Below, in pieces: positions 12,748-25,250 of a stretch of DNA of 64,000 bases. Position 1 is the stretch's first letter. Each line of letters starts with the position of its first letter. The notes under the pieces were generated by a model, which did no database searches, was not told the origin of the DNA, and saw nothing but the letters and a program-made list of their open reading frames with translations. Both the position numbers and the translations under genes were made by a program. This stretch comes from Squalus acanthias (Eukaryota), in NCBI GenBank assembly GCA_030390025.1, contig CM059432.1, forward strand, positions 31,436,001-31,500,000. Reading direction: 5' to 3'.

Positions 12748-13225
12748 AAATGAGAAGTCGCACAACACCAGGTTATAGTCCAACAGATTTATTTAAAATT
12801 ACAAGCTTTCGGAGCTGTTGCCCCTTCGTCAGGTAGAGTTACAATGAGGGAATCTACAATATTTCACAGTATATAAACACCGAAAGCAATTTGTCTGCAG
12901 AGATACAATCGTTCAGGGAGGCCTTACATCAAAGGCACACCAGAGCACAGCCAAGACAATGAGATGGGTCACAGGGGGTCCAACGTGTCAAATCCTGCTG
13001 TCTGCAGTTGAGCTTTTAACTTTTTTTTTTCTTTTTTTTGGTGTGTGTTTTTCTTTTAAAAACTGGAAAGACGGACAACGATGTCGAGTCACGTTCTGTA
13101 GCGTGACATGAACCCCATATCCCTATTGAGGCCGTCCTCATGGGTGCGGAACTTGGCTATCAGTTTCTGCTCGATGATTTTGCATAGTCGTGTGTCTCGA
13201 AGGCCGCCCTGGAGAACGCTAACCT
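12748..13225 (-). mobile_element. Penelope-like retroelement 3' fragment (family P2)
   Basis: Minus-strand translation KVSVLQGGLRDTRLCKIIEQKLIAKFRTHEDGLNRDMGFMSRY* (GIY-YIG C-terminus), then a pLTR with a hammerhead motif and AATAAA. Flanked by the direct repeat TGTAGAGAA (12739-12747 and 13226-13234). Confidence 0.85.
12799..12836 (-). ncRNA. Minimal type I hammerhead ribozyme motif
   Basis: Minus strand reads TAC-CTGACGA-A-GGGGC-AACA-GCTCC-GAAAGCTT-GTA: conserved core, 5-bp stem II, palindromic AAGCTT stem III and short stem I. Confidence 0.7.
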
Positions 13226-13239
13226 TGTAGAGAAGGTCA

Positions 13240-15440
13240 AGGGATCCGAGGGGGAGAGAGGAGAGGGGATCAGAGGGGAGGAGAGGGGATCAGAGGGGGG
13301 GAGAGGAGAGGGAATCAGAGGGGGGGAGAGGAGAGGGAATCAGAGCGGGGAGAGAGGAGAGGGGATTAGAGGGGGGGAGAGGAGAGGGGATCAGAGGGGG
13401 GGAGAGGAGAGGGGATCAGAGGGGGGGAGAGGAGAGGGGATCAGAGGAGGGGAGAGGAGAGGGGATCAGGGGGGGGAGAGGAGAGGGGATCCGGGGGGGG
13501 AGAGGAGAGGGGAACAGAGGGGAGAGAGGAGAGGAGAGGGGATCCGAGGGGGAGAGAGAAGAGGGGATCAGAGGGGGGGGGAGAGGAGAGGGGAACAGAG
13601 GGGAGAGAGGAGAGGAGAGGGGATCCGAGGGGGAGAGAGAAGAGGGGATCAGAGGGGGGGGAGAGGAGAGGGGAACAGAGGGGAGAGAGGAGAGGAGAGG
13701 GGATCCGAGGGGGAGAGAGAAGAAGGGATCAGAGGGGGGGAGAGGAGAGGGGATCAGAGGGGGGGGAGAGGAGAGGGGATCAAAGGAGGGGAGAGGAGAG
13801 GGGATCAGGGGGGGGGAGAGGAGAGGGGATCCGGGGGGGGAGAGGAGAGGGGAACAGAGGGGAGAGAGGAGAGGAGAGGGGATCCGAGGGGGAGAGAGAA
13901 GAGGGGATCAGAGGGGGGGGAGAGGAGAGGGGAACAGAGGGGAGAGAGGAGAGGAGAGGGGATCCGAGGGGGAGAGAGAAGAGGGGATCAGAGGGGGGGG
14001 AGAGGAGAGGGGATCCGAGGGGGGGAGAGAGGAGAGGGGGTCAGAGGGGGGGAGAGGAGAGGGGATCAGAGGGGGGGGAGAGGAGAGGGGATCGGGGGGG
14101 GAGAAGAGGGGATCGGAGGGGAGGAGAGGAGAGGGGATCAGAGGGGGGAGAGGAGAGGGGATCAGAGTGGGGGGAGAGGAGAGGGGATCGGGGGGGGGAG
14201 AAGAGGGGATCGGAGGGGGGAGAGGAGAGGGGATCAGAGGGGGGGGAGAGGAGAGGGGATCGGGGGGGGAGAAGAGGGGATCAGAGGGGGGAGAGGAGAG
14301 GGGATCAGAGGGGGGTAGAGGAGAGGGGATCGGAGGAGGGAGAGTAGAGGGGATCAGAGGGGGGAGAGTAGAGGGGATCAGAGGAGGGGAGAGGAGAGGG
14401 GATCAGCGGGGGGGAGAGGAGAGGGGATCGGAGGGGGGGGAGAGGAGAGGGGAACAGAGGGGAGAGAGGAGAGGAGAGGGGATCCGAGGGGGAGAGAGAA
14501 GAAGGGATCAGAGGGGGGGAGAGGAGAGGGGATCAGAGGGGGGGGAGAGGAGAGGGGATCAAAGGAGGGGAGAGGAGAGGGGATCAGGGGGGGGAGAGGA
14601 GAGGGGATCCGGGGGGGGAGAGGAGAGGGGAACAGAGGGGGAGAGAGAAGAGGGGATCAGAGGGGGGGGAGAGGAGAGGGGAACAGAGGGGAGAGAGGAG
14701 AGGAGAGGGGATCCGAGGGGGAGAGAGAAGAGGGGATCAGAGGGGGGGAGAGGAGAGGGGATCCGAGGGGGGGAGAGAGGAGAGGGGGTCAGAGGGGGGG
14801 AGAGGAGAGGGGATCAGAGGGGGGGGAGAGGAGAGGGGATCGGGGGGGGGAGAAGAGGGGATCGGAGGGGGGGAGAGGAGAGGGGATCAGAGGGGGGAGA
14901 GGAGAGGGGATCAGAGTGGGGGGAGAGGAGAGGGGATCGGGGGGGGGGAGAAGAGGGGATCGGAGGGGGGGAGAGGAGAGGGGATCAGAGGGGGGGGAGA
15001 GGAGAGGGGATCGGGGGGGAGAAGAGGGGATCGGAGGGGGGGAGAGAGGAGAGGGGGTCAGAGGGGGGGAGAGGAGAGGGGATCAGAGGGGGGAGAGGAG
15101 AGGGGATCAGAGGGGGGTAGAGGAGAGGGGATCGGAGTCAGAGGAGGGAGAGGAGAGGGGATCAGCGGGGGGGAGAGGAGAGGGGATCAGAGGGGGAGAG
15201 GAGAGGGGATCAGAGGAGGGGAGAGGAGAGGGGATCAGAGGGGGGGGAGTAGAGGGGATCAGAGGGGGAGAGTAGAGGGGATCAGAGGAGGGAGAGTAGA
15301 GGGGATCAGAGGGGGGAGAGTAGAGGGGATCAGAGGAGGGAGAGTAGAGGGGATCAGAGGAGGGAGAGTAGAGGGGATCAGAGGGGGAGTGAGGAGAGGG
15401 AGAGAGGAGAGGGGATCTGAGGGGGGAGAGGAGAGGAGCA
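13240..15440 (+). repeat. Purine-rich minisatellite, ~22-24 bp unit GGGGATCAGAGGGGGGAGAGGAGA
   Basis: Read directly as a tandem array with variant units (GATCC, GAACA, GAGTA) and higher-order duplicated blocks. Confidence 0.97.
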
Positions 15441-15744
15441 CGGAGGATGGGGAGAAGGTCAGAAACTGGGGGGGGGGAGGTCAGGAACTCGGGGGGAAAA
15501 GGTCAGGAACTCGGAGAAGAGAAGGTCAGGTAGTCGGGGGAAGAGAAGGTCAGGAACTCGGGGGAGGAGATCAGGAACTCGGGGGGGGGGGGTGGGAGGG
15601 TTAGTGCAAGGAGAGAACAGTGGGATGGGGGAAGAATGTGATCCAGGTCTAAAGGGGATGAGAGCGAGAACGTGATCCAGATGGGAAGATGGATCATTTT
15701 CTTCCCCCTCTGTTAGACGTGGATCACGTTCTTCCAACCGAATG

Positions 15745-15912
15745 AATTAGTGAATCCCTTCTCGCACACTGAGCAGGTGAACGGCCTCGCACCAGTGTGA
15801 ACTCGCTGGTGAATCAGTAGGTTGGATGACTGACTGAATCCCTTCGCACACACGGGGAAGGTGAATGGCCTCTCCCCAGTGTGAATTCGCTGGTGTGTCA
15901 AAAAGTTGGATA
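15745..15912 (-). pseudogene. Isolated C2H2 zinc-finger array fragment
   Basis: [53 protein letters not shown]: two TGERPF-type linkers, one zinc-binding Cys lost, both ends truncated. Confidence 0.85.
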
Positions 15913-16785
15913 CACACACGCACCCCACACACGGACCCCACACACACAGACCAGACATATGGACCCGACACACATGGTCCCTTCATTCTGAATTAATAAA
16001 TTTTTATTACCTCCAGAAGGAAAAAAAACCGCCAAAGATGTAACTAACCCACAATTAGAGAGTATAAAGTCTTTTATTTTACCAACCAAGGATAACTATA
16101 ATTACAATTGCAGAACACCAGATAACAGAGGATCTTCACAAAGCTAACTACACTTCCACTTTCTGTGGGCTGTGTGATAAGACTGGATCAAATTATGGGA
16201 ATGGTAGCGTCGTGGTAATGTCACTGGGCGAGTAATCCAGAGGCCTGGACTAATGATCCGGAGACGTAAGTTCAAATCCCATCACGGCAGCTGGGGAATT
16301 TAAATTCAGTTAATTAAATAAATCTGGAATAAAAAGCTAGTATCAGTCATGGTAACCATGAAACTTTTGGATTGTCGTAAAAATCCATCTGGTTCACTAA
16401 TGTCCTTTAGAGAAAGAAATCTGCCATCCTTACCTGGTCTGGCCTATATGTGACTCCAGACTCACAGCAATCTGCTTGACTCTTAACTGCAAGCCACTCA
16501 GTTGTAACAAACCACTACAAAACACAATGATAAGAATGAAACCGAACAGACCACCCGGCATTGACCTTGGCACCGGACACGGCAACGGCACACCCAGCCC
16601 AGTCGACCCTGCAAAGTCCTCCTCACCAACATCTGAGGACTTGTGCCAAAATTGGGAGAGCTGTCCCACAGACTAGTCAAGCAACAGCCTGATATAGTCA
16701 TACTCACAGAATCATACCTTTCAGCCAATGTCCCAGACTCCTCCATCACCATCCGTGGGTATGTCCTGTCCCACCGGCAGGATAG

Positions 16786-18605
16786 GACATGATTAGTGAA
16801 ATCAAGTGTAGGTCCCTTGCAGTCAGAAGCGGGGGAAGTTATAATGGGGAACAAAGAAATGGCAGCTCAATTAAATGCATATTTTGGTTCTGTCTTCACA
16901 AAGGAGGACACAAATAATCTCCCAGAGATGTTGGAGAACATAGGGTCTGATGAAAGGGAGGAACTGAAAGAAATCAGTATTTGCAGGGAAATGGTGTTAG
17001 GGAAATTGATGGGATTGAAAGCCGATAAATCCCCAGGGCCTGATAATCTACATCCTAGGGTACTTAAGGAAGTGGCCCTAGAAATAGTAGATGCATTGCT
17101 GATCATCTTCCAACATTCGATGGAATCTGGAACAATATCCATGGATTGGAGGGAAGCTAATGTTACCCCACTATTCAAAAAGGGTGGTAGAGAGAAAGCG
17201 GGGAATTATAGACCGGTAAGCCTGACATCGGTAGTGGGGAAAATGCTAGAGTCCATTATAAAGGATGTAATAGCTGAGCACTTGAAAAACAGTGACAGGA
17301 TCGGACAAAGTCAACACGGATTTACAAAAGGTAAATCGTGCTTGACTAATCTACTGGAATTTTTTGAGGATGTAACTGGGAAAATAGATAAGGGAGAACC
17401 AGTAGATGTGGTGTATTTGGACTTTCAAAAGGCTTTCGATAAGGTCCCGCATAAGAGATTAGCGTGTAAAGTTAAGGCACATGGGATTGGGGGCAAGGTA
17501 TTGACTTGGATAGAGAACTGGACAGAAAGCAAAGAGTAGGAATTAATGGGTCTTTTTCCGAGTGGCAAGCAGTGACTAGTGGGGTACCGCAGGGATCAGT
17601 CCTTGGACCCCAGCTATTCACAATATACATTAATGATCTTGATAAGGGAACTAAATGTAATATCTCCAAGTTTGCAGATGACACAAAGCTGGGTGGGAGT
17701 GTGTGCTGCGAGGAGGATACCGAGAAACTCCAGGATGATTTGAACAGGTTGGGTGAGTGGGCAGAAGCGTGGCAGGTGCAATATAACGTGAATAAATGCG
17801 AGGTTATCCACTTTGGTGTCAAAAACAGAAAGGCAGTCTATTATCTGAATGGCAATAGATTGGGAGAAGGGGAAGTGCAACGAGACCTGGGTGTCCTTGT
17901 GCACCAGTCGCTGAAGGTAAGCATGCAGGTGCAGCAGGCGGTGAAGAAGGCAAATGGTATGTTGGCCTTCATAGCGAAAGGGTTTGAGTATAGGAACAGG
18001 GATGTCCTGCTGCAGTTGTACAGGGCCTTGGTGAGACCACACCTTGAGTATTGTGTGCAGTTTTGGTCGCCTTATCTGAGGAAGGATGCTCTTGCCATGG
18101 AGGGAGTTCAGCGAAGATTCACAAGGCTGATACCTGGGATGGCAGGAATGACATATGAGGAGAGATTGCGTCGATTGGGCTTATACTCGCTGGAGTATAG
18201 AAGAATGAGAGGGGATCTCATCGAAACATATAAAATTCTGACAGGTCTGGACAAACTAGATGCAGGAAGAATGTTCCCGATGGTCGGAGAGTCCAGAACC
18301 AGGGATCAGAGTCTAAGGATAAGGGGTAAGCCATTTAGGACTGAGATGAGGAGGAATTTCTTCACCCAGAGAGTGGTGAACCTGTGGAATTCTCTACCAC
18401 AGAAGGTAGTTGAGGCCAAGTCATTAAATATATTCAAGAATGAGTTAGATATATTTCTTAAAGCTAAAGGTATCAAGGGATATGGGGAGAAGGCAGGTAC
18501 AGGGTACTGAGTTTGGATGATCAGCCATGATCTCATCGAATAGCGGAGCAGGCTCGAGGGGTCGAATGGCCTACTCCTGCTCCTATCTTCTATGTTTCAA
18601 TGTTT
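16786..18605 (+). mobile_element. Young 5'-truncated CR1 LINE (HER1-like) RT region
   Basis: ORFs 16796-17539 and 17506-18510 are joined by one frameshift and contain KSPGPD, NYRPVSLTS, YLDFQKAFDKVPH, GVPQGSVLGP, FADDTK and a complete CR1 tail. It is inserted in the APE of family B. Confidence 0.95.
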
Positions 18606-20180
18606 GACAGACCCACCAGGGGTGGCGGCACAGTGGTATACAGTCAGGAAGGAGTGGCCCTGGGAGTCCTCAACATTGACTCGGGACCCCATGAACTCTC
18701 ATGACTTCAGGTCAAGCATGGGCAAGGAAACTTCCTGCTGATTACCACCTACCGCCGTCCCTCAGCTGATGAATCAGTATTCCTCCATGTTGAACACCAC
18801 TTGGAAGAAGCACTGAGAGTAGCAAGGGCACAGAATGTACTCTGGATGGGGGCCTTCAATGTCCATCACCAAGAGTGGCTCGGTAGTACCACTACTGGCC
18901 GAGTCCTGAAGGACATAACTACCAGTCTGGGCCTGCAACAGGTGAGAGAACCAACACGAGGGAAAAAACTACTTGACCTCGTCCTCACCAATCTACCTGT
19001 CGCAGATGCATCTGTCCATGACAGCATTGGTAGCAGTGACCACCGCACAGTCCTTGTGGAGACGAAGTCCCATCTTCACACTAAGGACACCCTCCATCCT
19101 GTTGTGTGGCACTACCACCATGCTAAATGGGATAGATTCAGAACAGATCTAGCAGCTCAAAATTGGGCATCCATGAGGCGCTGTAGGCAGCAGCAGAATT
19201 GTATTCCACCACAATGTGTAACCTCATGGCCTAGCATATCCCTCACTCTATCATTATCATCAAGCCAGGGGACCAACCATGGTTCAATAAGGACTGTGGA
19301 AGAGCATGCCAGGAGCAGCACCAGGTATACTTAAAAATGAGGTGCCAACCTGGGGAAGTTGCAACACTGGACTACATGCATACTAAAAAACGGAAGTGGA
19401 CAATGTGGAAAACTGCCCAGGTATGTCCTGTCCACAAAAAGCAGGATAAATCCAACCCGGCCAATTACTGCCCCATCAGTCTACTCTCAATCATCAGCAA
19501 AGTAACGGAAGGTGTCATCGACAGTACTATCAAGCGGCACTTACTCACCAATAACCTGCTCACTGATGCCCAGTTTGGGTTCCGCCAAGACCACTCGGCT
19601 TCCGACCTCATTACAGGTTTGGTCCAAACATGGACAAAGGAGCTGAATTCCAGAGGTGAGGTGAGAGTGACTGCCCTTGACATCAAGGCAGCATTTGACC
19701 GAGTGTAGCATCAAGGGGCCCTAGTAAAACTGAAGTCAATGGGAATTGGGGGGAAAATGCTCCACTGGCTGGAGTCATACTTAGCACAAAAGAAGATGGT
19801 TGTGGTGGTTGAAGGTCAATCATCACAGCCCCAGGACAGCGCTGCAGGAGTTCCTCAGGGCAGTGTCCTAGGCCCAACCATCTTCAGCTGCTTCATCAAT
19901 GACCTTCCCTCCAACATAAGGTCAGAAATGGGGATGTTCGCTGATGACTGCACAGTGTTCAGTGCCATTCACAACTCCTCAGACAATGAAGCAGTCCATG
20001 CCCGCATGCAACAAGACCTAGACGACATTCAGGCTTGGGCTGATAAGTGGCAGGTAACATTCGTGCCACACAAGTGCCAGGCAATGACTATCTCCAACAA
20101 GCGAGTCTCTAACCACCTCCCCTTGACATTCAACAGCATTACCATCACCGAATCCCCCACCATCAACATCCTGGGGGTCA

Positions 20181-20260
20181 TCGACCTGAAACATTAACTC
20201 TGTTTCTCTCTCCACAGATGCTGCCTGAACTGCTGAGTAATTCCAGCATTTTCTGTTTTT
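20181..20260 (+). mobile_element. 80-bp Penelope pLTR fragment (family P1)
   Basis: Matches 46468-46550 and is flanked by the 13-bp direct repeat ATCCTGGGGGTCA (20168-20180 and 20261-20273). Confidence 0.88.
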
Positions 20261-21532
20261 ATCCTGGGGGTCACCATTGACCAGAAACTTAACTGAACCA
20301 GCCACATAAATACTGTGACAACAAGAGCAGGTCAGAGGCTCGGTATTCTGTGGTGAGTGTCTCACCTCCTGACTCCCCAAAGCCTTTCTACCATCTATAA
20401 GGCACAAGTAAGGAGCGTGATGGAATACTCTCCACTTGCCTGGATGAGTGCAGCTCTAACAACACTCAAGAAGCTCGACACCATCCAGAACAAAGCAGCC
20501 TGCTTGATTGGCACCCCATCCACCACCTTAAACATTCACTCCCTCCACCACCAGTGTACCATCTACAAGATGCACTGCAGCAACTCTCCAAGGCTTCTTC
20601 GGCAGCACCTTCCAAACCCACAACCTCTTCCACCTAGAAACACAAGGGCAGCAGGCGCATGGGAACACCACCACCTCCAAGTTCCCCTCCAAGTCGCACA
20701 CCATCCTGACTTAGAAATATGTCACCGTTCCTTCATTGTCACTGCGTCAAAATCCTGGAACTCCCTCCCTAACAGCACTGTGGGAGTACCTTCACCACAC
20801 GGACTGCAGCGGTTCAAGGAGACGGCTCACCACCACCTTCTCAAGGGTAATTAGGGATGGGCGATAAATGCTGGCCTTGCCAGCGACGCCCACATCCCAT
20901 AAACGAATAAAATAAAACACATTGCAGACTGCTCTGCAGCAGGCAGGATCAAATTACACATTGCAGACAAGCATTTGGGTGTGTCTTGTCCTCCAAGGGG
21001 AACAATCAGATATCTGGTCCAACCCACTGGTGTTGCCAATAATCATTGCCTTGAACAGTGGGTTAGCACATGGTCCTTTATCCTTTGGGGCTTGGTTTAA
21101 AATATACCCTGGGCTAATGAAATGAAAGTCTCCTCTCAATGCCAACTGTAAGAATTCTAGGTAAACTGAGTAAAGATCATAAGAGCATAAGATAGTGCGG
21201 AATGAGAAAAGGCTATTCGTCTCATCAATTTCACTCTATCCAGTCTCATGTACGATTATTCTATCATAGACTTCCTATAACCATCTGAGGTTACCTTACT
21301 TTAAAAAATAGGAGGAAAAACCTTCCAATCCTGTCCCTGAATTAGGACTAGAGTAAAGTGATACTTGCACTTGCTAAAATTGCACTAAACCCTGGATTTT
21401 TGAGTTTGACCTCATGAATTATGCATAACAAGCTTTCAGCTTGGATTGAGCCTGCCTGCCCTATGGGAACATTGGTTGGACACCACTGCATTAACTGGAG
21501 GTGGCTTTGAGAGTGCTAGGATAAGTGCATTG

Positions 21533-21835
21533 TCCCAAACCCGCGACTGCTACCACCTTGAAGGACAAGGGCAGCAGGCACATGGGAACACCACCACCTC
21601 CAAGTTCCCCCTCCAAGTCGCACACCATCCTGACTTGGAAATATGTCGCCGTTCCTTCATTGTCACTGCGTCAAAATCCTGGAACTCCCTCCCTAACAGC
21701 ACTGTGGGAGTACCTTCACCACATGGACGGCAGCAGTTCAAGAAGGCAGCACCAGCTTCTCATGGGCAATTAGGGATGGGCAATAAATGCTGGCCTTCCT
21801 TGCCAGCGATGCCCACATCCCATGAATTAATTTTT
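21533..21835 (+). mobile_element. Short 3' fragment of LINE family B
   Basis: HHPDLEICRRSFIVTASKSWNSLPNSTVGVPSPHG plus the family B tail. Confidence 0.85.
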
Positions 21836-22505
21836 TTAAAAGTTCTGTCGTACCTGGCACCCAATTGCATGATATGGTGTCGATGGCCACATATCATAGA
21901 ATCATAGAATGATACAGCACAGAAGGAGGCCATTCGGCCAATTGTGCCTGTGCTAGCTCTTTGAAAGAGCTATCCAATTAGTTCCACTCCCCTGCTCTTT
22001 CCCCATAGCCCTGCAAATTGTTCCTCTTCAAGTATTTATCCAATTTCCTTTTGAATGTTATTAGTGAATTTGCTTCCACCACCATTTCAGGTAGTGTATT
22101 CCAGATCATAATAACTCACTGTATTAACACTTTTTTCCTCATGTTGCCTCTGGTTCTTTTGCAAATTACCATAAATCTGTTCCCTCTCGTTACCGAATCT
22201 TCTGCTACTGGAAACAGTTTCTCCTTATTTACTCTATCAAAGCTCTCCATGATTTTGAAAACATCTATCAAATCTCCCCTGAGCCTTCTCTGCTCTAAGG
22301 AGAACAACCCCAGTTTCTCTAGTCACTTCACATGACTGAAGTCCTTCATCCCTAGTACCATTCTAGTAAATCTCCTATGCACTTTCTCCAAGGCCTTGAC
22401 ATCCTTCCTGAAGTGTGGTGCACTGAATTAAACACAATACTCTACCTGGGGCCTAACCAATGATTTATAAAGGATTAGTGTAACTTCTTTATTTTTGTAC
22501 TCTCT

Positions 22506-23020
22506 GGGGTGGTAGTGGGCGAGATCGGATGCGGGTCGGGTGAGCAAGTTGTTATTTTTGACAGCGGGTCGGGATCCCGCTGTCATCTCGCTCCCACGCG
22601 CCTTTCCTACAGGTGCGTCTGTCATCATGGAGCCGAACCGATCAGCAGCGGCGAGGATCCAATTGAGATGATTATCAGGTAGTTTACAGGCACTTAAGAG
22701 CCTTTTTTCACTTACTTTTTAAATTTCCCTGCATGGCCACTGGATTCACGCAGCTTGGGAACCACGTCTGTCAACCTGAGGCGTGAGTTCTGAGGCCATT
22801 GCTCCAGCTGATTACTTGACAGCATGAAAAACAAACCAAAATAAAAACATGTTGATTACATCAGCTAACAGATTGATGGAGATTTTGTTCTACTTGAAAA
22901 GCTACTGGTAAATGTTAATTCAGAAATTCCTGAAGGGATGTGAGTGCTGAAGGCTCCCCTCCTACCCTAGATGGTGAAGGAAATACATTTTTCACTGGCC
23001 ATTCTCGGCTGCTGCTTTCC
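22506..23020. mobile_element. Unclassified insertion in CR1, possibly a truncated Harbinger-type MITE
   Basis: Abrupt switch from CR1 to CpG-rich sequence (GCGGGTCGGG motifs as in the other MITEs). No matching second TIR found. Confidence 0.4.
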
Positions 23021-23140
23021 AATTCAACAGTAATTCTGAGTTTTGTTTCTCTGCAAACTTTGAAATGATGCCCTGTATACCCAAGTCCAGATCATTTATG
23101 TCTATCAAAAGGAGCATTACCGACCCCTGGGGAACAATAC

Positions 23141-24280
23141 TGTGAAGGGATTATTACTAGTCCTAGCCCCTTTAGGGCTACCCCAGATCAGGCGTATTCC
23201 TCAGACATTCACTTTCAACTAAAGTTTGAGGTAGCCGAATCCTAAAGACGCTTAATTGGGTCTAAAGGTCTGGACCATCTCTCCCTAAAGGAAAGGAACA
23301 ACCTGAAGATGTTACCGTCCTCCAGATAGCACTTTTAATAAGTTTAGCTAGACTGTAACCTTCCGGATATTATGAGGGTCCGGAAAACTCCCCCAGAATT
23401 CTGCAACTCCTCACCAAAGAGCGTACAGAGATTGAGTTTGCGAGTTTGATGCAGAAGTATTATGTGAGACAATTCTAAAAATATATAGATTTATTAAAGA
23501 ACCGACATGTAATTTACAGTTGGTGATTCAATCGCAACATTAACAGTTCCAAAAAGAGAAAGCTTTTAGAATCTTATTATCAGAGATCCTTATTCTCAAA
23601 TCTTAACTTCACTACAGTTTTACAGTTCTTAGTCTTATTCAGAATACCCACCAAAATCAAATATAGTACCATTGATCCCCAAGGTACAAAGAGTTGTAAA
23701 CTTACAGAGCTGCCTCTGAAGCCTGAGAATCACTTTGTCCCTTTACAGCGAGACTATTATCCCATTTGAAAGTTCAATATTTATACCCTTTTTCAGTGGT
23801 ATTTCCTTTGAAGTTTTCTGCTGATGTAAGCTAATTATCTCTAGTCATATTTCTGCTGACCCCTGCTATTCTTACAGTCACCTCAGCTGGTAGCAATACA
23901 GACTCGTGTCTCTCTAGGTGTTCCAAGCTTACCATAAAAAACGGTGTAACAGCAGGTGTTTCTTTTACTTGATGTCATTTTTACGAAGGCCTTCTGTTTG
24001 TGCCTCTCTACGAAGTATAAATTGGAACACCTTGTACAGGGTGTACCATTGTCTGCTCCCAAAGATTCAGACCGTCGGGAGCCTTTAACCTTCTGTTTCA
24101 ATAAAGTTATTGATTCAGTGTCAACAACTATCTTATCTCAATAGCCTGTATGCTGTTACAGCTTTAGATTGTTGAGGCTTCCAGATTTCCAAACCCAGTT
24201 TGTCATGTTTTAATAAGGCCAGAATTCTTTCATAGAATGTTGTATTTTTCTGAATAGGTTATATGGCTTATTCCTTCACA
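23141..24280 (-). mobile_element. Solo LTR (~1.14 kb)
   Basis: Inverted termini TGTGAAGGGA...TTCCTTCACA interrupt a contiguous CR1 sequence. Minus-strand TATAAA at 23780-23785 and AATAAA at 23490-23495. The TSD is imperfect (ACTG). Confidence 0.75.
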
Positions 24281-25250
24281 ACTGCACACTTCCCTCCAGT
24301 CTGTAAAAACCGTTCACCATTATTTTCTGCTTTCTGTCCCTTAACTAATTTCTTATCCATACAGCCACTGCTCCTTTAATCCCATGGGCTTCAATTTTGC
24401 TAACAAGAATATTATGTGGTAATTTATCAAACGCCTTTTCAAATTCCATATACACAACATCAACTGCACTACTTTCATCAACCCTCTCCATTACTTCATC
24501 AAAGAACTCGATCAAGTTAGTCAAATATGATTTGCATTTAAAAACATTTGTGCTGGCTTTCATTTATTAACACATATTTTTACAAATGCCAATTCATTTT
24601 GTCCTGGAGTAGTGTCTCTAAAAGTTTCCGCACCACTGACATTCAGCTGACTGGCCTGTAGTTGCTGGGTTTATCCCTCTCCCTCTTTTTGAGCAGGGGT
24701 GTAACATTTGCAATCCTCCAGTCCTCTGGCACCATCCTCATATCTAAGGAGGATTAAAAGATTGTGGCCAAAGCCTCTGCAATTTTTACCTTTACTTCCC
24801 TCAGCAAGCTAGGATGCATCCCCTCCGGACAGGGTGACTTTTCTACTTTGAGTGCTGCCAACCTTTTAAGTACCTCCTCTTTATCTATTTTTATCCTATC
24901 TAATTTCTCTACTACCTCCTCCTTTACCATGATATTGGCAGCATCCTCTTCTTTAGTGAAGAGAGATTCAAAGTATTAATTTAGTACCTCAGCCATGCCC
25001 TCTGCCTCCACAAGAAGATCTCCTTTTTGGTCCCTAATCGGCCCCACCCTTGCTTTGACTACCCTTTTACTATTTATAAAAAACTTTTGGGTTCACTTTT
25101 ATGTCACCCACTAATCTATTCTCATAAACTCTCTTTTCACTCTTATTTCCTTTTTCAGTTTTCCTCTGTACTTTCTGTATTCTACTTGATTCTCTACTGA
25201 ATTATGAACCTATCATAAGCCTCATTTTTCTGATTCATTTTAATCTCTAT

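Larger units (their letters stand above)
16199..20920 (+). mobile_element. CR1-group LINE family B with tRNA-like 5' head; internally deleted and interrupted by CR1 and Penelope inserts
   Basis: A/B-box head at 16203-16280. APE motifs KVLLTNI.GLVPK..PDIVILTESYL (~16610-16720) and VLWMGAFNVHH..LDLVLTN..SDH. RT motifs ALDIKAAFDRV, GVPQGSVLGP, FADD. 3' tail at ~20860-20915. Confidence 0.85.

Noticed and set aside
14167..15275. 317-aa and 119-aa G/E/R-rich ORFs
   Set aside because: Translations of the purine minisatellite, which lacks stop codons by composition.
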